The notes: generated by a model from the sequence alone, not told the origin. Positions 28,032-37,223 are shown, counted from the first letter of the stretch. The stretch: DNA of 64,000 nucleotides from Arcobacter sp. (GCA_002869535.1 PKUK01000003.1:231347-295346), one strand, 5' to 3'. Made by a program: numbers and translations.

Positions 28032-29102
28032 TTAACTTCTAGTATAAATTATATGATTAAATTCCTTTAAAAATACTTGAACTAATTCCTTAGAACCCAT
28101 AGTTACAGAAATATAATTTTCTACAGGAGTAGGCAAATAACCTCTTACCCATATATTTTTTTCTTTTAATTTATCAGTTACATAATTAGCCATTTCTTTT
28201 TATTTTAAATCAACTAAAATTGTATTCGACTTTTCTCCATGAGTTCTATATTCCAAATTTTCCAACTCATTTTTTAACCAATTTCTTGTCTCACTTACAT
28301 CTTTTGCATAGTTTTTCATAATATCAATATTATCTATTGCCCATATTGCTATATCTATTGTAATACTATTTGTTTCGTGTGCAAATCTTTTTGTTGCTAA
28401 ATATTTAATAAAATCTTTATTCGAAATTAAATATCCAAGTCTTATGGCTGGTAAACCCATACCTTTTGAAAATGTTCTTGCCACAACTAAGTTTTCATAT
28501 TCAGTAATTAAGTTTATTGCAGTAGGTGATCCAAACATGTAGTATGCTTCATCTAAGAAAACAAGTACATCATGCTGCTTAGCTTTTTTAAATATTTTTG
28601 TCAAATCATCTAGGTTAAATATGTGTTCAATTGGCTCATGAGGATTAACAATAAAGATAATATCAACTGTATCATTTATACTTTCTAAGACTTCATTCAG
28701 ATCAATTGTAAGTGTATCTCTCTTTGATTTTACTTCTATCATATTAGTTTCAAAAGCTTCTGAATATACATGATACATCCCATATGTAGGTGTCAAGCAT
28801 ACAATATTAGATCCTTTTTCACTACACATTTCAAATACAACTTTTAACCCACCATCTATTCCTGATGTCAACAAAAAGTTATCAGCACTTAAGTTGTGAA
28901 ACTCTGCTAATTTTGCATATAACAAATCAACATCAGGATATCGATTCAAATTCTTAAAATTTAAATCTTCCTTTAATTTTTTTTCAAATTCTTTAGAATA
29001 AAAATCAATTCTAGTATTTCTGTGCATTTCTTGAGTACCTTTGGGTGGAACCAAAATTCTTACTCTGTCTATATATTTTGATTTATAATACTTATGATTC
29101 AT
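28032..29102 (-). pseudogene. class I/II (HisC-like) PLP aminotransferase interrupted by an in-frame TAA at 28202..28200
   Basis: PLP-lysine motif ARTFSKGMGLPAIRLGY. After the stop the same frame reads KEMANYVTDKLKEKNIWVRGYLPTPVENYISVTMGSKELVQVFLKEFNHIIYTRS, ending at TAA 28034..28032. That is the normal C-terminal small domain of the family. Likely start is ATG 29102 (MNHKYYK...), an 11-nt overlap with the radical SAM gene. Total is 356 codons. Confidence 0.8.
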
Positions 29103-29958
29103 AATACTTTTTCCAAATTTTAGCATACTGTTCACCATGTAAAGTACCATCAGCATCACATGTATTACAAGGTGGTAAATCTCTTTTACAATTAGATAAG
29201 TGTGTTCTATACTTTTTCAATATTTTTGAAGTCCATACTTCATAGACACTATTTAACATTAAGTTACCAGTTTTTATTCTTCTATTCCAGTCCTGAGTAC
29301 ACAAAAAAACGTCTCCATTCCAATCAACCATCATTGAATAGAAAGGATAGAAACATTGTTTATTATTATCTATTATTTGATTATTATTCAATACACCTGC
29401 ACGGTTTGTCAACTTCACACCATAATTATCTTCTTTTGTATACCATCTATCTCTTAAAATATATTGAGAAGGAGAAATCCCTGCTTTAGAAAAAAGGTTA
29501 TTAAATTCATCTATTTGATGTGCACCATCATACATACTTATTATTATTTTACTAACTCCAGAATTATATAGATCTTTTATAAACTTTTCATTTAAGGGGT
29601 CACCATTAGTGGTTATTTCAACATTAGAAATTTCAGAAAACACTTGACACATTTCAATTACATCTTTATTTAATAAAGGTTCACCATAACCTGCAATCAT
29701 TATAGTACCTGTAAAACCTATTTCTTTAAGTTCTTTTGACATTTTTTTATACAAAACTGATGGCATTTTATGTTGTTGATTTGGAGCAATACTATCATCA
29801 CTTTTGGGACAAAAAGTACAAACTCTATTACAAACATCTATTGGACTAATTTCAATCCAACTCGGTAATGGAATGCCACTACTATCAATTTTTATACTTT
29901 CACTTACAAGCTTTTCAACTCTATTAATACTATTTGCTAATGTTTCTTTATAATTCAT
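29092..29958 (-). CDS. radical SAM enzyme with a Cys-rich C-terminal (SPASM/twitch-like) extension
   Basis: 288-aa ORF with CNRVCTFC (CX3CX2C), a GYGEPLL glycine-rich SAM motif, and extra Cys in CFYPF...FLCTQDW...PPCNTCDADG. Confidence 0.75.
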   Translation of the reverse strand: MNYKETLANSINRVEKLVSESIKIDSSGIPLPSWIEISPIDVCNRVCTFCPKSDDSIAPNQQHKMPSVLYKKMSKELKEIGFTGTIMIAGYGEPLLNKDVIEMCQVFSEISNVEITTNGDPLNEKFIKDLYNSGVSKIIISMYDGAHQIDEFNNLFSKAGISPSQYILRDRWYTKEDNYGVKLTNRAGVLNNNQIIDNNKQCFYPFYSMMVDWNGDVFLCTQDWNRRIKTGNLMLNSVYEVWTSKILKKYRTHLSNCKRDLPPCNTCDADGTLHGEQYAKIWKKYYES

Positions 29959-30970
29959 TTTTACTCTTTCTTGCTACTACAATACAAAAACCAGTATTTT
30001 CTTTACATAATGGCAAAAATGTATCTTGATCTTGATAATAAAAATGTATTTCAAAGTTTTTAAGTTTTGAATTAATAGCATTTACAAATTCGTCTCTAGG
30101 CATTTCATTAATATGATAAGGATTTGTAATATATGGCTTATTGTCTTTATATCTTAACATAGGTGAAGATCCAACAAACACACCTCCATCTTTTAGCCAA
30201 TACTCAACATTTTCTAAAAATCTTAAAAATACATCATTTGGAACATGTTCTAAAGTTTCAATAGAAACAATATTATCCAACGAAGAATTGTCAAATTCTA
30301 GATGATCAATATTAGCTTGTCTATATTCGATATTTTTTAAGTTATTATTATCATTAGCAAATGATATAGCATCTTCAGATAAATCAACACCTAAAACATT
30401 TTTAGAGTTTGTAGCTAAAATCTTACTTCCATAGCCAGAACCACATGCGCAGTCTAAACTTAAACCACCTTTTTTGATAAAATTTAATGCAAATTTATAC
30501 CTTGCCAAATGTCTTTCTTTATTGTCATCATTATTATCTTCTTGCCCAGTCATATATAATCTTTCCGGTGAAAAATTATTTAATAATAAATGAATAGTAA
30601 TATACCCTACTACTTGTCCTTTATCATTGATTGCAGGCAAAATATTAATTTCATTTTCTCTTAAAATTCTTAATGCTACAGATGCATTTTCGTTCAAATG
30701 TATACTTTTTGGTGCTAATGTGATAAAAGCTTCAATATCATGCACCGCATTTCCTGAAAAACTTTTTCTTACATCTCCATCTGTTAAAATTCCCAATAAT
30801 TTATCATTATCATCAACTACAAACAAAGCACCTTCTACAAACATATTTAAAACTTTATCTTTTAATTCATGAATTAACTTCATAGACACTTTATTTTCTA
30901 CATTTTTTTCCATTATTTCAGATACTAGTGGTATCCCATCTATCTTCATTTTATTCTCCAATATATTCAA
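29948..30970 (-). CDS. CBS-domain pair fused to a class I SAM-dependent methyltransferase
   Basis: 340-aa ORF. The N-terminal ~135 aa has two CBS-like units (LLGILTDGDVRK; VVGYITIHLL). The C-terminal part has LDCACGSGYGSKILA (motif I) and VSIETLEHV. Confidence 0.6.
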   Translation of the reverse strand: MNILENKMKIDGIPLVSEIMEKNVENKVSMKLIHELKDKVLNMFVEGALFVVDDNDKLLGILTDGDVRKSFSGNAVHDIEAFITLAPKSIHLNENASVALRILRENEINILPAINDKGQVVGYITIHLLLNNFSPERLYMTGQEDNNDDNKERHLARYKFALNFIKKGGLSLDCACGSGYGSKILATNSKNVLGVDLSEDAISFANDNNNLKNIEYRQANIDHLEFDNSSLDNIVSIETLEHVPNDVFLRFLENVEYWLKDGGVFVGSSPMLRYKDNKPYITNPYHINEMPRDEFVNAINSKLKNFEIHFYYQDQDTFLPLCKENTGFCIVVARKSKNEL

Positions 30971-30991
30971 ATATGCCCAAAATAAAGCTTC

Positions 30992-31726
30992 TCAAGCCCA
31001 TCCTTGACCAAAATAGTATTTTTTATTTTTTCTTATAATCTCTTGATTTTCGTTGATTATATCAACTATTTCATTAAGATGTCCAAAAGAATCTCTTCTT
31101 TTCAATTCATCAAGTACATAACTAACGACTTCAAAATCTTCTGCATAATCTACAGTAATCCTATATTTAGAGTAATCTTGATCACTTATTAGCTGACTAG
31201 TTTTATATCTAGCTGTTTGCCAAAATTGGAATGTTACATGTTCTCTAAATTGTGCATCTTTTTCTTCTTCCTTTGCCCTTTTCAGAGCTTTCATACTAAA
31301 TACTTCAACATCCATACCATCCGGGAATGTACCGGTTTCAACTGGTACTGTGTTTGCACAATAATCAACTTTATCATTTAAAAATTTTTGAATGACAGCA
31401 TCAATAATATCGGGATCAGATAGCGGACAATCTGCTGTCAATCTTACTACTGTATCTACATTATACTTTACTGCACACTCGTAATATCTACTTAAAACAT
31501 CATCTTCACTTCCTCTAAAACAATCTATTCCAAAATCTTTACAAAAACTTTCAATTGAATCATCTTTATCTAAAGTGCTTGTTGCAACTACCAATTCATT
31601 TAGTAATTTAGATTTTTGAACTCTCTCAAGCTGATATGCCAAAAGTGGCTTCCCATTAACTTCTTTTAAAACTTTTCCAGGAAGTCTTGTACTACCCATC
31701 CTAGCTTGTATAATTGCCACAATCAT
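30992..31726 (-). CDS. CTP_transf_3-family cytidylyltransferase (SpsF / acylneuraminate cytidylyltransferase-like)
   Basis: 244-aa ORF. MIVAIIQARMGSTRLPGKVLKEVNGKPLL is the canonical N-terminus of SpsF/NeuA-type enzymes. Confidence 0.75.
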   Translation of the reverse strand: MIVAIIQARMGSTRLPGKVLKEVNGKPLLAYQLERVQKSKLLNELVVATSTLDKDDSIESFCKDFGIDCFRGSEDDVLSRYYECAVKYNVDTVVRLTADCPLSDPDIIDAVIQKFLNDKVDYCANTVPVETGTFPDGMDVEVFSMKALKRAKEEEKDAQFREHVTFQFWQTARYKTSQLISDQDYSKYRITVDYAEDFEVVSYVLDELKRRDSFGHLNEIVDIINENQEIIRKNKKYYFGQGWA

Positions 31727-33051
31727 TAGTTATACTTTCTAAATACTGGCTTTACGGGATTACCTACTAATAATTCTATAACTTTATTGTTTTCTATAGC
31801 ATATTGTAGTACTTTGAGTGTTTTATCAAAAGCTTCTAGTGTTTGGCTTATTTCACTCTCTTTGTGACTAAAAGAAGGTACAACTAATTGCATCATAACT
31901 CCATGTTTTATCATTTCTTGCAAAAATAATGTTCGAAGTAACATATCAAGATTCCCATCTTTATCTAAAAATACAAAATGAGGTCTACAATCAACTCCCT
32001 CTATCCTCATAAACTGTGCTATACCAAGAGTTGAAGCTAGCTTATTAAAACTATCTTTTATCTTTTTACCAGTAGCCCAAATATGTTTTGTGACTTCATA
32101 GTTATTATGATTTAAAAGTTCTATAGTTTTTTGTGCAGCTCTTAAATGATGTGTTTCCCCACCATATGTTGTTGAGAGTAAAAAAACTCTTTCTTTATCA
32201 TGTTGTATTCCACCTAGCTCCATAAGTTCTTTTTTACCAACAACAGCTGAAACTGAAAAACCATTGGCCATTGATTTTCCAAAAGTCGACAAATGTGGAG
32301 TTACTCCATACAAATATTGTGCACCTTTTGGATGAAATCTAAATCCAGCAACTACTTCATCAAAAATAAGAATTATATTATTTGCTTCACATAAATCTTT
32401 TACAGATTGAAGATAGCCTTCATTAGGTTCTTCTGTTGCTGCAGGCTCCATAATAACACAGGCGATACCTTGTTGTTTATTTTCATCTATTATTATTTTT
32501 AAATCTTCTATATCATTATATTTGAAATTTTTAGTAAGTGATTTTGTTGATTCTGGTATACCTGAATCAACTACAGTATTACCCATAAACCAATCATGTA
32601 CACTAAAAAAAGGTTGATCAACACATCTAAGAACAATATCTTTTCCAGTATATGCTCGTGCAAGTTTTACCGCTGCCGTAGTACCATCTGAACCATTTTT
32701 AGCAAACTTAACCATTTCAGCACTTGGAATTTGTTCAATCATAAGCTCTGCAACTTCTGCCTCTATAAATGATGGTTTAATAAAATTACAACCATTATCA
32801 AGTTCTTTTTTTATCACATCAAGTACTGGTTCATATGCATGACCCAGTAATACCGAGGTAAGTCCCATTCCCCAGTCAATAAATTCATTTCCATCTACAT
32901 CCCAGATTCTTGCACCTTTCCCCTTAACAACAAAACCTGGACTAAGTTCTGGAAACTGGTCATCACCTTTTGTATAGGTATGTCCCCCTGCTGGAATAAG
33001 TGCATGGGCTTTTTTTCTCAACTCGTTTGATTTTGTAAAATTTGTAATCAT
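31726..33051 (-). CDS. class III PLP aminotransferase (glutamate-1-semialdehyde aminomutase-like)
   Basis: 441-aa ORF with GSDGTTAAVKLAR, FDEVVAGFRF and STFGKSMANG (PLP lysine). The glycan context argues against a HemL role. Confidence 0.7.
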   Translation of the reverse strand: MITNFTKSNELRKKAHALIPAGGHTYTKGDDQFPELSPGFVVKGKGARIWDVDGNEFIDWGMGLTSVLLGHAYEPVLDVIKKELDNGCNFIKPSFIEAEVAELMIEQIPSAEMVKFAKNGSDGTTAAVKLARAYTGKDIVLRCVDQPFFSVHDWFMGNTVVDSGIPESTKSLTKNFKYNDIEDLKIIIDENKQQGIACVIMEPAATEEPNEGYLQSVKDLCEANNIILIFDEVVAGFRFHPKGAQYLYGVTPHLSTFGKSMANGFSVSAVVGKKELMELGGIQHDKERVFLLSTTYGGETHHLRAAQKTIELLNHNNYEVTKHIWATGKKIKDSFNKLASTLGIAQFMRIEGVDCRPHFVFLDKDGNLDMLLRTLFLQEMIKHGVMMQLVVPSFSHKESEISQTLEAFDKTLKVLQYAIENNKVIELLVGNPVKPVFRKYN

Positions 33052-33614
33052 TTCTTACTCTCACTTTTTAAATATTGTTTCTCAAGTTCTTGCAAGTCAG
33101 TTTTTCTATCTTTTAATCTTTTTGCAGGATTTCCGATATATATTCCCCAAGGTTCAGTTGATTTTAAAACTAAACTCATTGCACCTACAGAAGTTCCTTC
33201 TTCAAGAATTACTCCTGGCATAATTATTGATCCCGCTCCAACAATGGTATATTTTTTAAGAATCACTTCTTTTTTATATTCATTTTTGTACTCTTTAGGA
33301 ACAGTTGAATTTGTCAAAGTTTTTCCACTATAATCATCAGACTGAGTAAAAACTTGAACGCCATAAGCTATAGTGGTAAAATCTTCAAAAACTATTCCTT
33401 TTTCACTACCAGCAACCAAACACATAGGTGTTATATGGACATTTCTTCCTATTCTTATTTTTCCAGAAATTATACAAAAGTCATCAATCCTTGAATTATC
33501 CCCTATTTCTATTTGATTGTGGTTATAAATACTAGCTTTATCACTTATTTTTACATTTTCACCTATATACTTAAAACCTAATTGTTTGAGTTGATCTTGT
33601 GTATAGTATGCCAT
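33048..33614 (-). CDS. hexapeptide-repeat acetyltransferase
   Basis: 188-aa ORF with LbH repeats and IYIGNPAKRLKDR near the C-terminus. Confidence 0.7.
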   Translation of the reverse strand: MAYYTQDQLKQLGFKYIGENVKISDKASIYNHNQIEIGDNSRIDDFCIISGKIRIGRNVHITPMCLVAGSEKGIVFEDFTTIAYGVQVFTQSDDYSGKTLTNSTVPKEYKNEYKKEVILKKYTIVGAGSIIMPGVILEEGTSVGAMSLVLKSTEPWGIYIGNPAKRLKDRKTDLQELEKQYLKSESKK

Positions 33615-34453
33615 TAACTTTTTCTTCTAAATTGTACTATCCCTGTTTCTGTTTCTCTTACACCAAATTCTTCATTACCGAATGTTTTTTCTATTCTTCT
33701 TGTCTCTTCTATAAGTTTTTTCATTTGATTTTCAGTAATTGAAACGGGTGCATCAATACACTCAAAACTTTCATCAATTTTATAATGCTTTTCAATAATT
33801 TGTGCACCAGCTGATACAGCACATAGTGATACAAAAATATCATTTGTATGGTCTGATTGTCCAACAATACAATCAAACTCTTTTTGCAATCTATAAATAT
33901 TTGATAATTTTGCATCTTTTTCATCAGTGGGATATGATGATATACAATGTAGAATAGCTATATTTTTAGTTCCTTCACTTAATATATTGTAAGCTTCTTT
34001 AATCTCATCAAGATTTGACATACCAACAGATAAAATAACAGGTTTACCTGTTTTTGCAACATCTTTTAAAAGTTTATGATTTACTATATCAAATGATGCT
34101 ATTTTATAAAGATCAGTCCCTATACTTTCCAGATATTCTACACTTTCTGTATCAAAAGGTGTAGAAAAGAAATCAACATTATATTGATTTGCATATTCTT
34201 TTAATTCTTTGAATGTCTCAAATGATAACTCTAAGTCTTTTAATATCTTAAATATCTCATCATTACCTTTTGGAGCTCTTTTTTCTGTTAAATATGTTTG
34301 AAACTTAACAGCATCAACACCAGCTCTAACTGCTGAATCTATTAATGCCTTAGCAACTTCAATACTACCTCTATGATTAATACCAATTTCCGCTATTACA
34401 TAAGTCCTATTTTCTGTATTAAATCCATATTCTTTTAAATTTTTAATTACCAT
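33614..34453 (-). CDS. NeuB-family sugar-PEP aldolase (ulosonic acid synthase-like) lacking the C-terminal SAF domain
   Basis: 279-aa ORF with YVIAEIGINHRGSIEVAKALIDSAVRAGVDAVKFQTY and ILHCISSYPT. Ends at ...FRRKS, where the SAF domain normally begins. Its stop overlaps the next gene's ATG. Confidence 0.75.
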   Translation of the reverse strand: MVIKNLKEYGFNTENRTYVIAEIGINHRGSIEVAKALIDSAVRAGVDAVKFQTYLTEKRAPKGNDEIFKILKDLELSFETFKELKEYANQYNVDFFSTPFDTESVEYLESIGTDLYKIASFDIVNHKLLKDVAKTGKPVILSVGMSNLDEIKEAYNILSEGTKNIAILHCISSYPTDEKDAKLSNIYRLQKEFDCIVGQSDHTNDIFVSLCAVSAGAQIIEKHYKIDESFECIDAPVSITENQMKKLIEETRRIEKTFGNEEFGVRETETGIVQFRRKS

Positions 34454-35217
34454 GCTGTTAAACCTCCATCTATTACTACATTTTGCCCTGTTGTATAACT
34501 TGCAGCATCACTTGCGAGATACAAAATTGCACCAATCATTTCTTCATCATTTGCCATTCGTTTCATTGGTGTTCTAAATGCATAATTTTCCCTAAAACCT
34601 TCACCTTGAGGGTTTTTTGGATTAAATATACCACCAGGGCTCACACAATTAACTCTAATATTTCTCTCTGCTAAATGTACCGCAAAATACTTAGTCATTT
34701 GAATCACACCTGCTTTTGTTGCACCGTAAACTTCAGAATTTTTTCTAGGTAAATCAGTATAGTTTCTAAAATCAGGACTGACCACACCAAAAATTGAACC
34801 AACATTAATAATTGAACCTTGCTTTGATTTATACTGGTCAAAAAGATTTACATATGTTTGAATTCCTAAAAATGTTCCTTTTAAATTAACATCCATTACC
34901 CAATCAAAACTCTCTTCAGGTCTTTCTTCAAAATTTTCAAATGTACTAACACCAGCATTATTAATCAAAATATCTATTCTTTCGTACTTTTTAATTATTG
35001 ATTCATATAGCTTTTGAGTATCTTCTTTTTTTGTAATATCATTTATAAAATACTCTACATCATCAATTTTATTATTTTCCGTATTTGTATCTATACCAAT
35101 TACTATAGATTCACTATTTTTAAATGCTTCACATATCTTATTACCAAGCTGTCCACATGCTCCAGTAACAATTACAACTTTATTATTTAGATTAAACATT
35201 TTTTCTATATAACTCAT
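34447..35217 (-). CDS. classical short-chain dehydrogenase/reductase (FabG-like)
   Basis: 256-aa ORF with VIVTGACGQLG, NNAG and YGATKAG (YxxxK). Confidence 0.75.
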   Translation of the reverse strand: MSYIEKMFNLNNKVVIVTGACGQLGNKICEAFKNSESIVIGIDTNTENNKIDDVEYFINDITKKEDTQKLYESIIKKYERIDILINNAGVSTFENFEERPEESFDWVMDVNLKGTFLGIQTYVNLFDQYKSKQGSIINVGSIFGVVSPDFRNYTDLPRKNSEVYGATKAGVIQMTKYFAVHLAERNIRVNCVSPGGIFNPKNPQGEGFRENYAFRTPMKRMANDEEMIGAILYLASDAASYTTGQNVVIDGGLTAW

Positions 35218-36002
35218 ATCATTTCCTTAAATTTATTTATTGATTTGATTAAGTTTTCAATATCTCGATAATACTCAACTGTTAAATATTGAATATGTGG
35301 ATATTCCTTAATTAAATTTTTCACTTCATTTAATTTAAACTCATCAGGATAATTGTGTGCATCATATGCAAGATTAGAAATACTATCTATATCAGGAGAA
35401 CAAATATGTAATTGTACTACTCTATCAAGAGGTAACCCACTCTTATAGTCTTCAAAACTAATCCTTTTATTATGGGCTGTTACTTGTGCATGAGCAATAT
35501 CAAATAAAAAATATATATTATTTTTATTGACAACTTCACTAATAAAGTTTTCATCGGTAATGTATTTATAGGCTTCTGTAGGATAATAATTATTATTTTC
35601 TACTGCAATTTTAATTTCATCACCAAATATATCCTTAATTTTTTTGAAATTATCTTTTGCATTATTAAGCATTTCCTCTTTACTATAAGAATATCCACCT
35701 AATTCAAACATGCCACTTTTGATTTTTGTATATTCTAATTTAGGTTGAGTACAACTAGTTGCCATATGAAATGTAATAAGCTTCAAATCTTTTTTTTGAC
35801 TTTTTATATCTTCTAAGTATTTAAAATCTTCTTCTTTTAAAATATGTATCGGTTCCAATTCACAGTGAAATAATTCTTGATTAGAACTAATATTATCAAA
35901 TGTTCTATCTCTACATTCTAGACAATCAGATATTTCTATAATTTTTTGTACATATAGGACATCATTAAATAAATGAGAAATAGGTGTAGCAATTTTAAGC
36001 AT
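35214..36002 (-). CDS. xylose-isomerase-like TIM-barrel protein, DUF692-like (tentative)
   Basis: 262-aa ORF. IAVENNNYY...FLFDIAHAQVTAHN...VVQLHICSP resembles the LEN...D.nN...N...HlAG ligand pattern of DUF692/UPF0276 proteins. By eye only. Confidence 0.35.
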   Translation of the reverse strand: MLKIATPISHLFNDVLYVQKIIEISDCLECRDRTFDNISSNQELFHCELEPIHILKEEDFKYLEDIKSQKKDLKLITFHMATSCTQPKLEYTKIKSGMFELGGYSYSKEEMLNNAKDNFKKIKDIFGDEIKIAVENNNYYPTEAYKYITDENFISEVVNKNNIYFLFDIAHAQVTAHNKRISFEDYKSGLPLDRVVQLHICSPDIDSISNLAYDAHNYPDEFKLNEVKNLIKEYPHIQYLTVEYYRDIENLIKSINKFKEMI

Positions 36003-37128
36003 TAAAAAAAGCCTTTATATGATTACATATATATTTTATATCTTCAATTGATAATTCATAATATATGGGTAATCTTAACAATCTTTCACTCTCAGAAGTT
36101 GTAAATTTATCTTCACCTCTAAATTCAAAATACTTTGCACACTTTTGTGATTGATGTAAGGGAATATAATGAAAGACTGACTGTATCTCAAGTGAGGACA
36201 AATGATATATTAAATCTTGTCTTTGACGGTCATCTTTGAGCTTAATATAAAACATATGTGCATTATGTTTTATATCTTTTAATAAAGTAGCTAACTCAAG
36301 TTTATGAATATCTTTTAAATTTTTATAGTATTCATTCCATAATTTCAATCTATGACTATTAACTTCTTCAGCTTTTTCTAATTGGGCATATAAATAAGCG
36401 GCATTTAATTCACTTGGTAAATAGCTACTTCCAATATCTACCCATCTATATTTATCAATTACTCCTCTTAAAAACTGGCTTCTATTGGTTCCTTTTTCTC
36501 TAATAATTTCTGCCCGTTGAATATATTTTTCATCATTTAAAAGAAGTAACCCACCTTCTCCAGAAGTATAATTTTTTGTTTCATGAAAACTATATGCTCC
36601 TAAATGTCCAATTGTTCCTAGTGCTTTCCCTTTATATGTAGCCATCATACCTTGTGCTGCATCTTCTACTACAAACAAGTTATATTTTTTTGCTATAGCC
36701 ATTATAGTATCCATTTCACAAGCAACCCCTGCATAATGAACAGGAACAATCACTTTTGTTTTTTCCGTAATTGCTAGTTCAATTTTAGTTTCGTCTATAT
36801 TCATTGTATCTGGTCGAATATCTACAAAAACAATTTTTGCACCTCTCAAAACAAATGCATTTGCTGTTGATACAAATGTATAACTAGGCATAATTACTTC
36901 GTCACCATTTTTTATATCAAGAAGAATAGCAGCCATTTCTAATGCATGTGTACAAGATGTTGTTAATAACACCTTCTTTACCATAGCATTTTCTTCAAAC
37001 CATTGATTACATTTTTTTGTAAAAGAACCATCACCAGATAACTTTTTATTAATTATTAATTCTCTTAAATATTTTTCTTCCGTACCTACAACTAAAGGTA
37101 TATTAAAAGGTATTTTTTTCATTATCAA
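35995..37128 (-). CDS. WecE/RffA-like DegT-family aminotransferase (NDP-4-keto-6-deoxyhexose 4-aminotransferase type)
   Basis: 377-aa ORF. IPFNIPLVVGTEEKYLRELIINKKLSGDGSFTKKCNQWFEE parallels the recalled E. coli WecE N-terminus. SFHETKNYTSGEGG holds the PLP lysine. Confidence 0.75.
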   Translation of the reverse strand: MIMKKIPFNIPLVVGTEEKYLRELIINKKLSGDGSFTKKCNQWFEENAMVKKVLLTTSCTHALEMAAILLDIKNGDEVIMPSYTFVSTANAFVLRGAKIVFVDIRPDTMNIDETKIELAITEKTKVIVPVHYAGVACEMDTIMAIAKKYNLFVVEDAAQGMMATYKGKALGTIGHLGAYSFHETKNYTSGEGGLLLLNDEKYIQRAEIIREKGTNRSQFLRGVIDKYRWVDIGSSYLPSELNAAYLYAQLEKAEEVNSHRLKLWNEYYKNLKDIHKLELATLLKDIKHNAHMFYIKLKDDRQRQDLIYHLSSLEIQSVFHYIPLHQSQKCAKYFEFRGEDKFTTSESERLLRLPIYYELSIEDIKYICNHIKAFFNA

Positions 37129-37223
37129 ACTCCATGTAAATATTTACTAACAACAACCATATTAAAAAGACATATGTCAAAAAACTTTTTATATCACCTG
37201 GAAAAAATACTTTAGGTACAATT

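Noticed and set aside
33721-33924. 67-aa same-strand, alternative-frame ORF inside the NeuB-like gene (likewise 40590..40805 inside the epimerase gene).
   Set aside because: These ORFs are embedded out of frame in genes with clear family motifs, and nothing supports an overlapping gene.
37169-37178. 10-bp palindrome gacatatgtc within the 95-nt gap between the ABC exporter and the WecE-like gene, next to a TTGACA-like hexamer on the minus strand.
   Set aside because: It could be an internal promoter or operator, but the spacing to any -10-like hexamer is poor and a single short palindrome is expected by chance.
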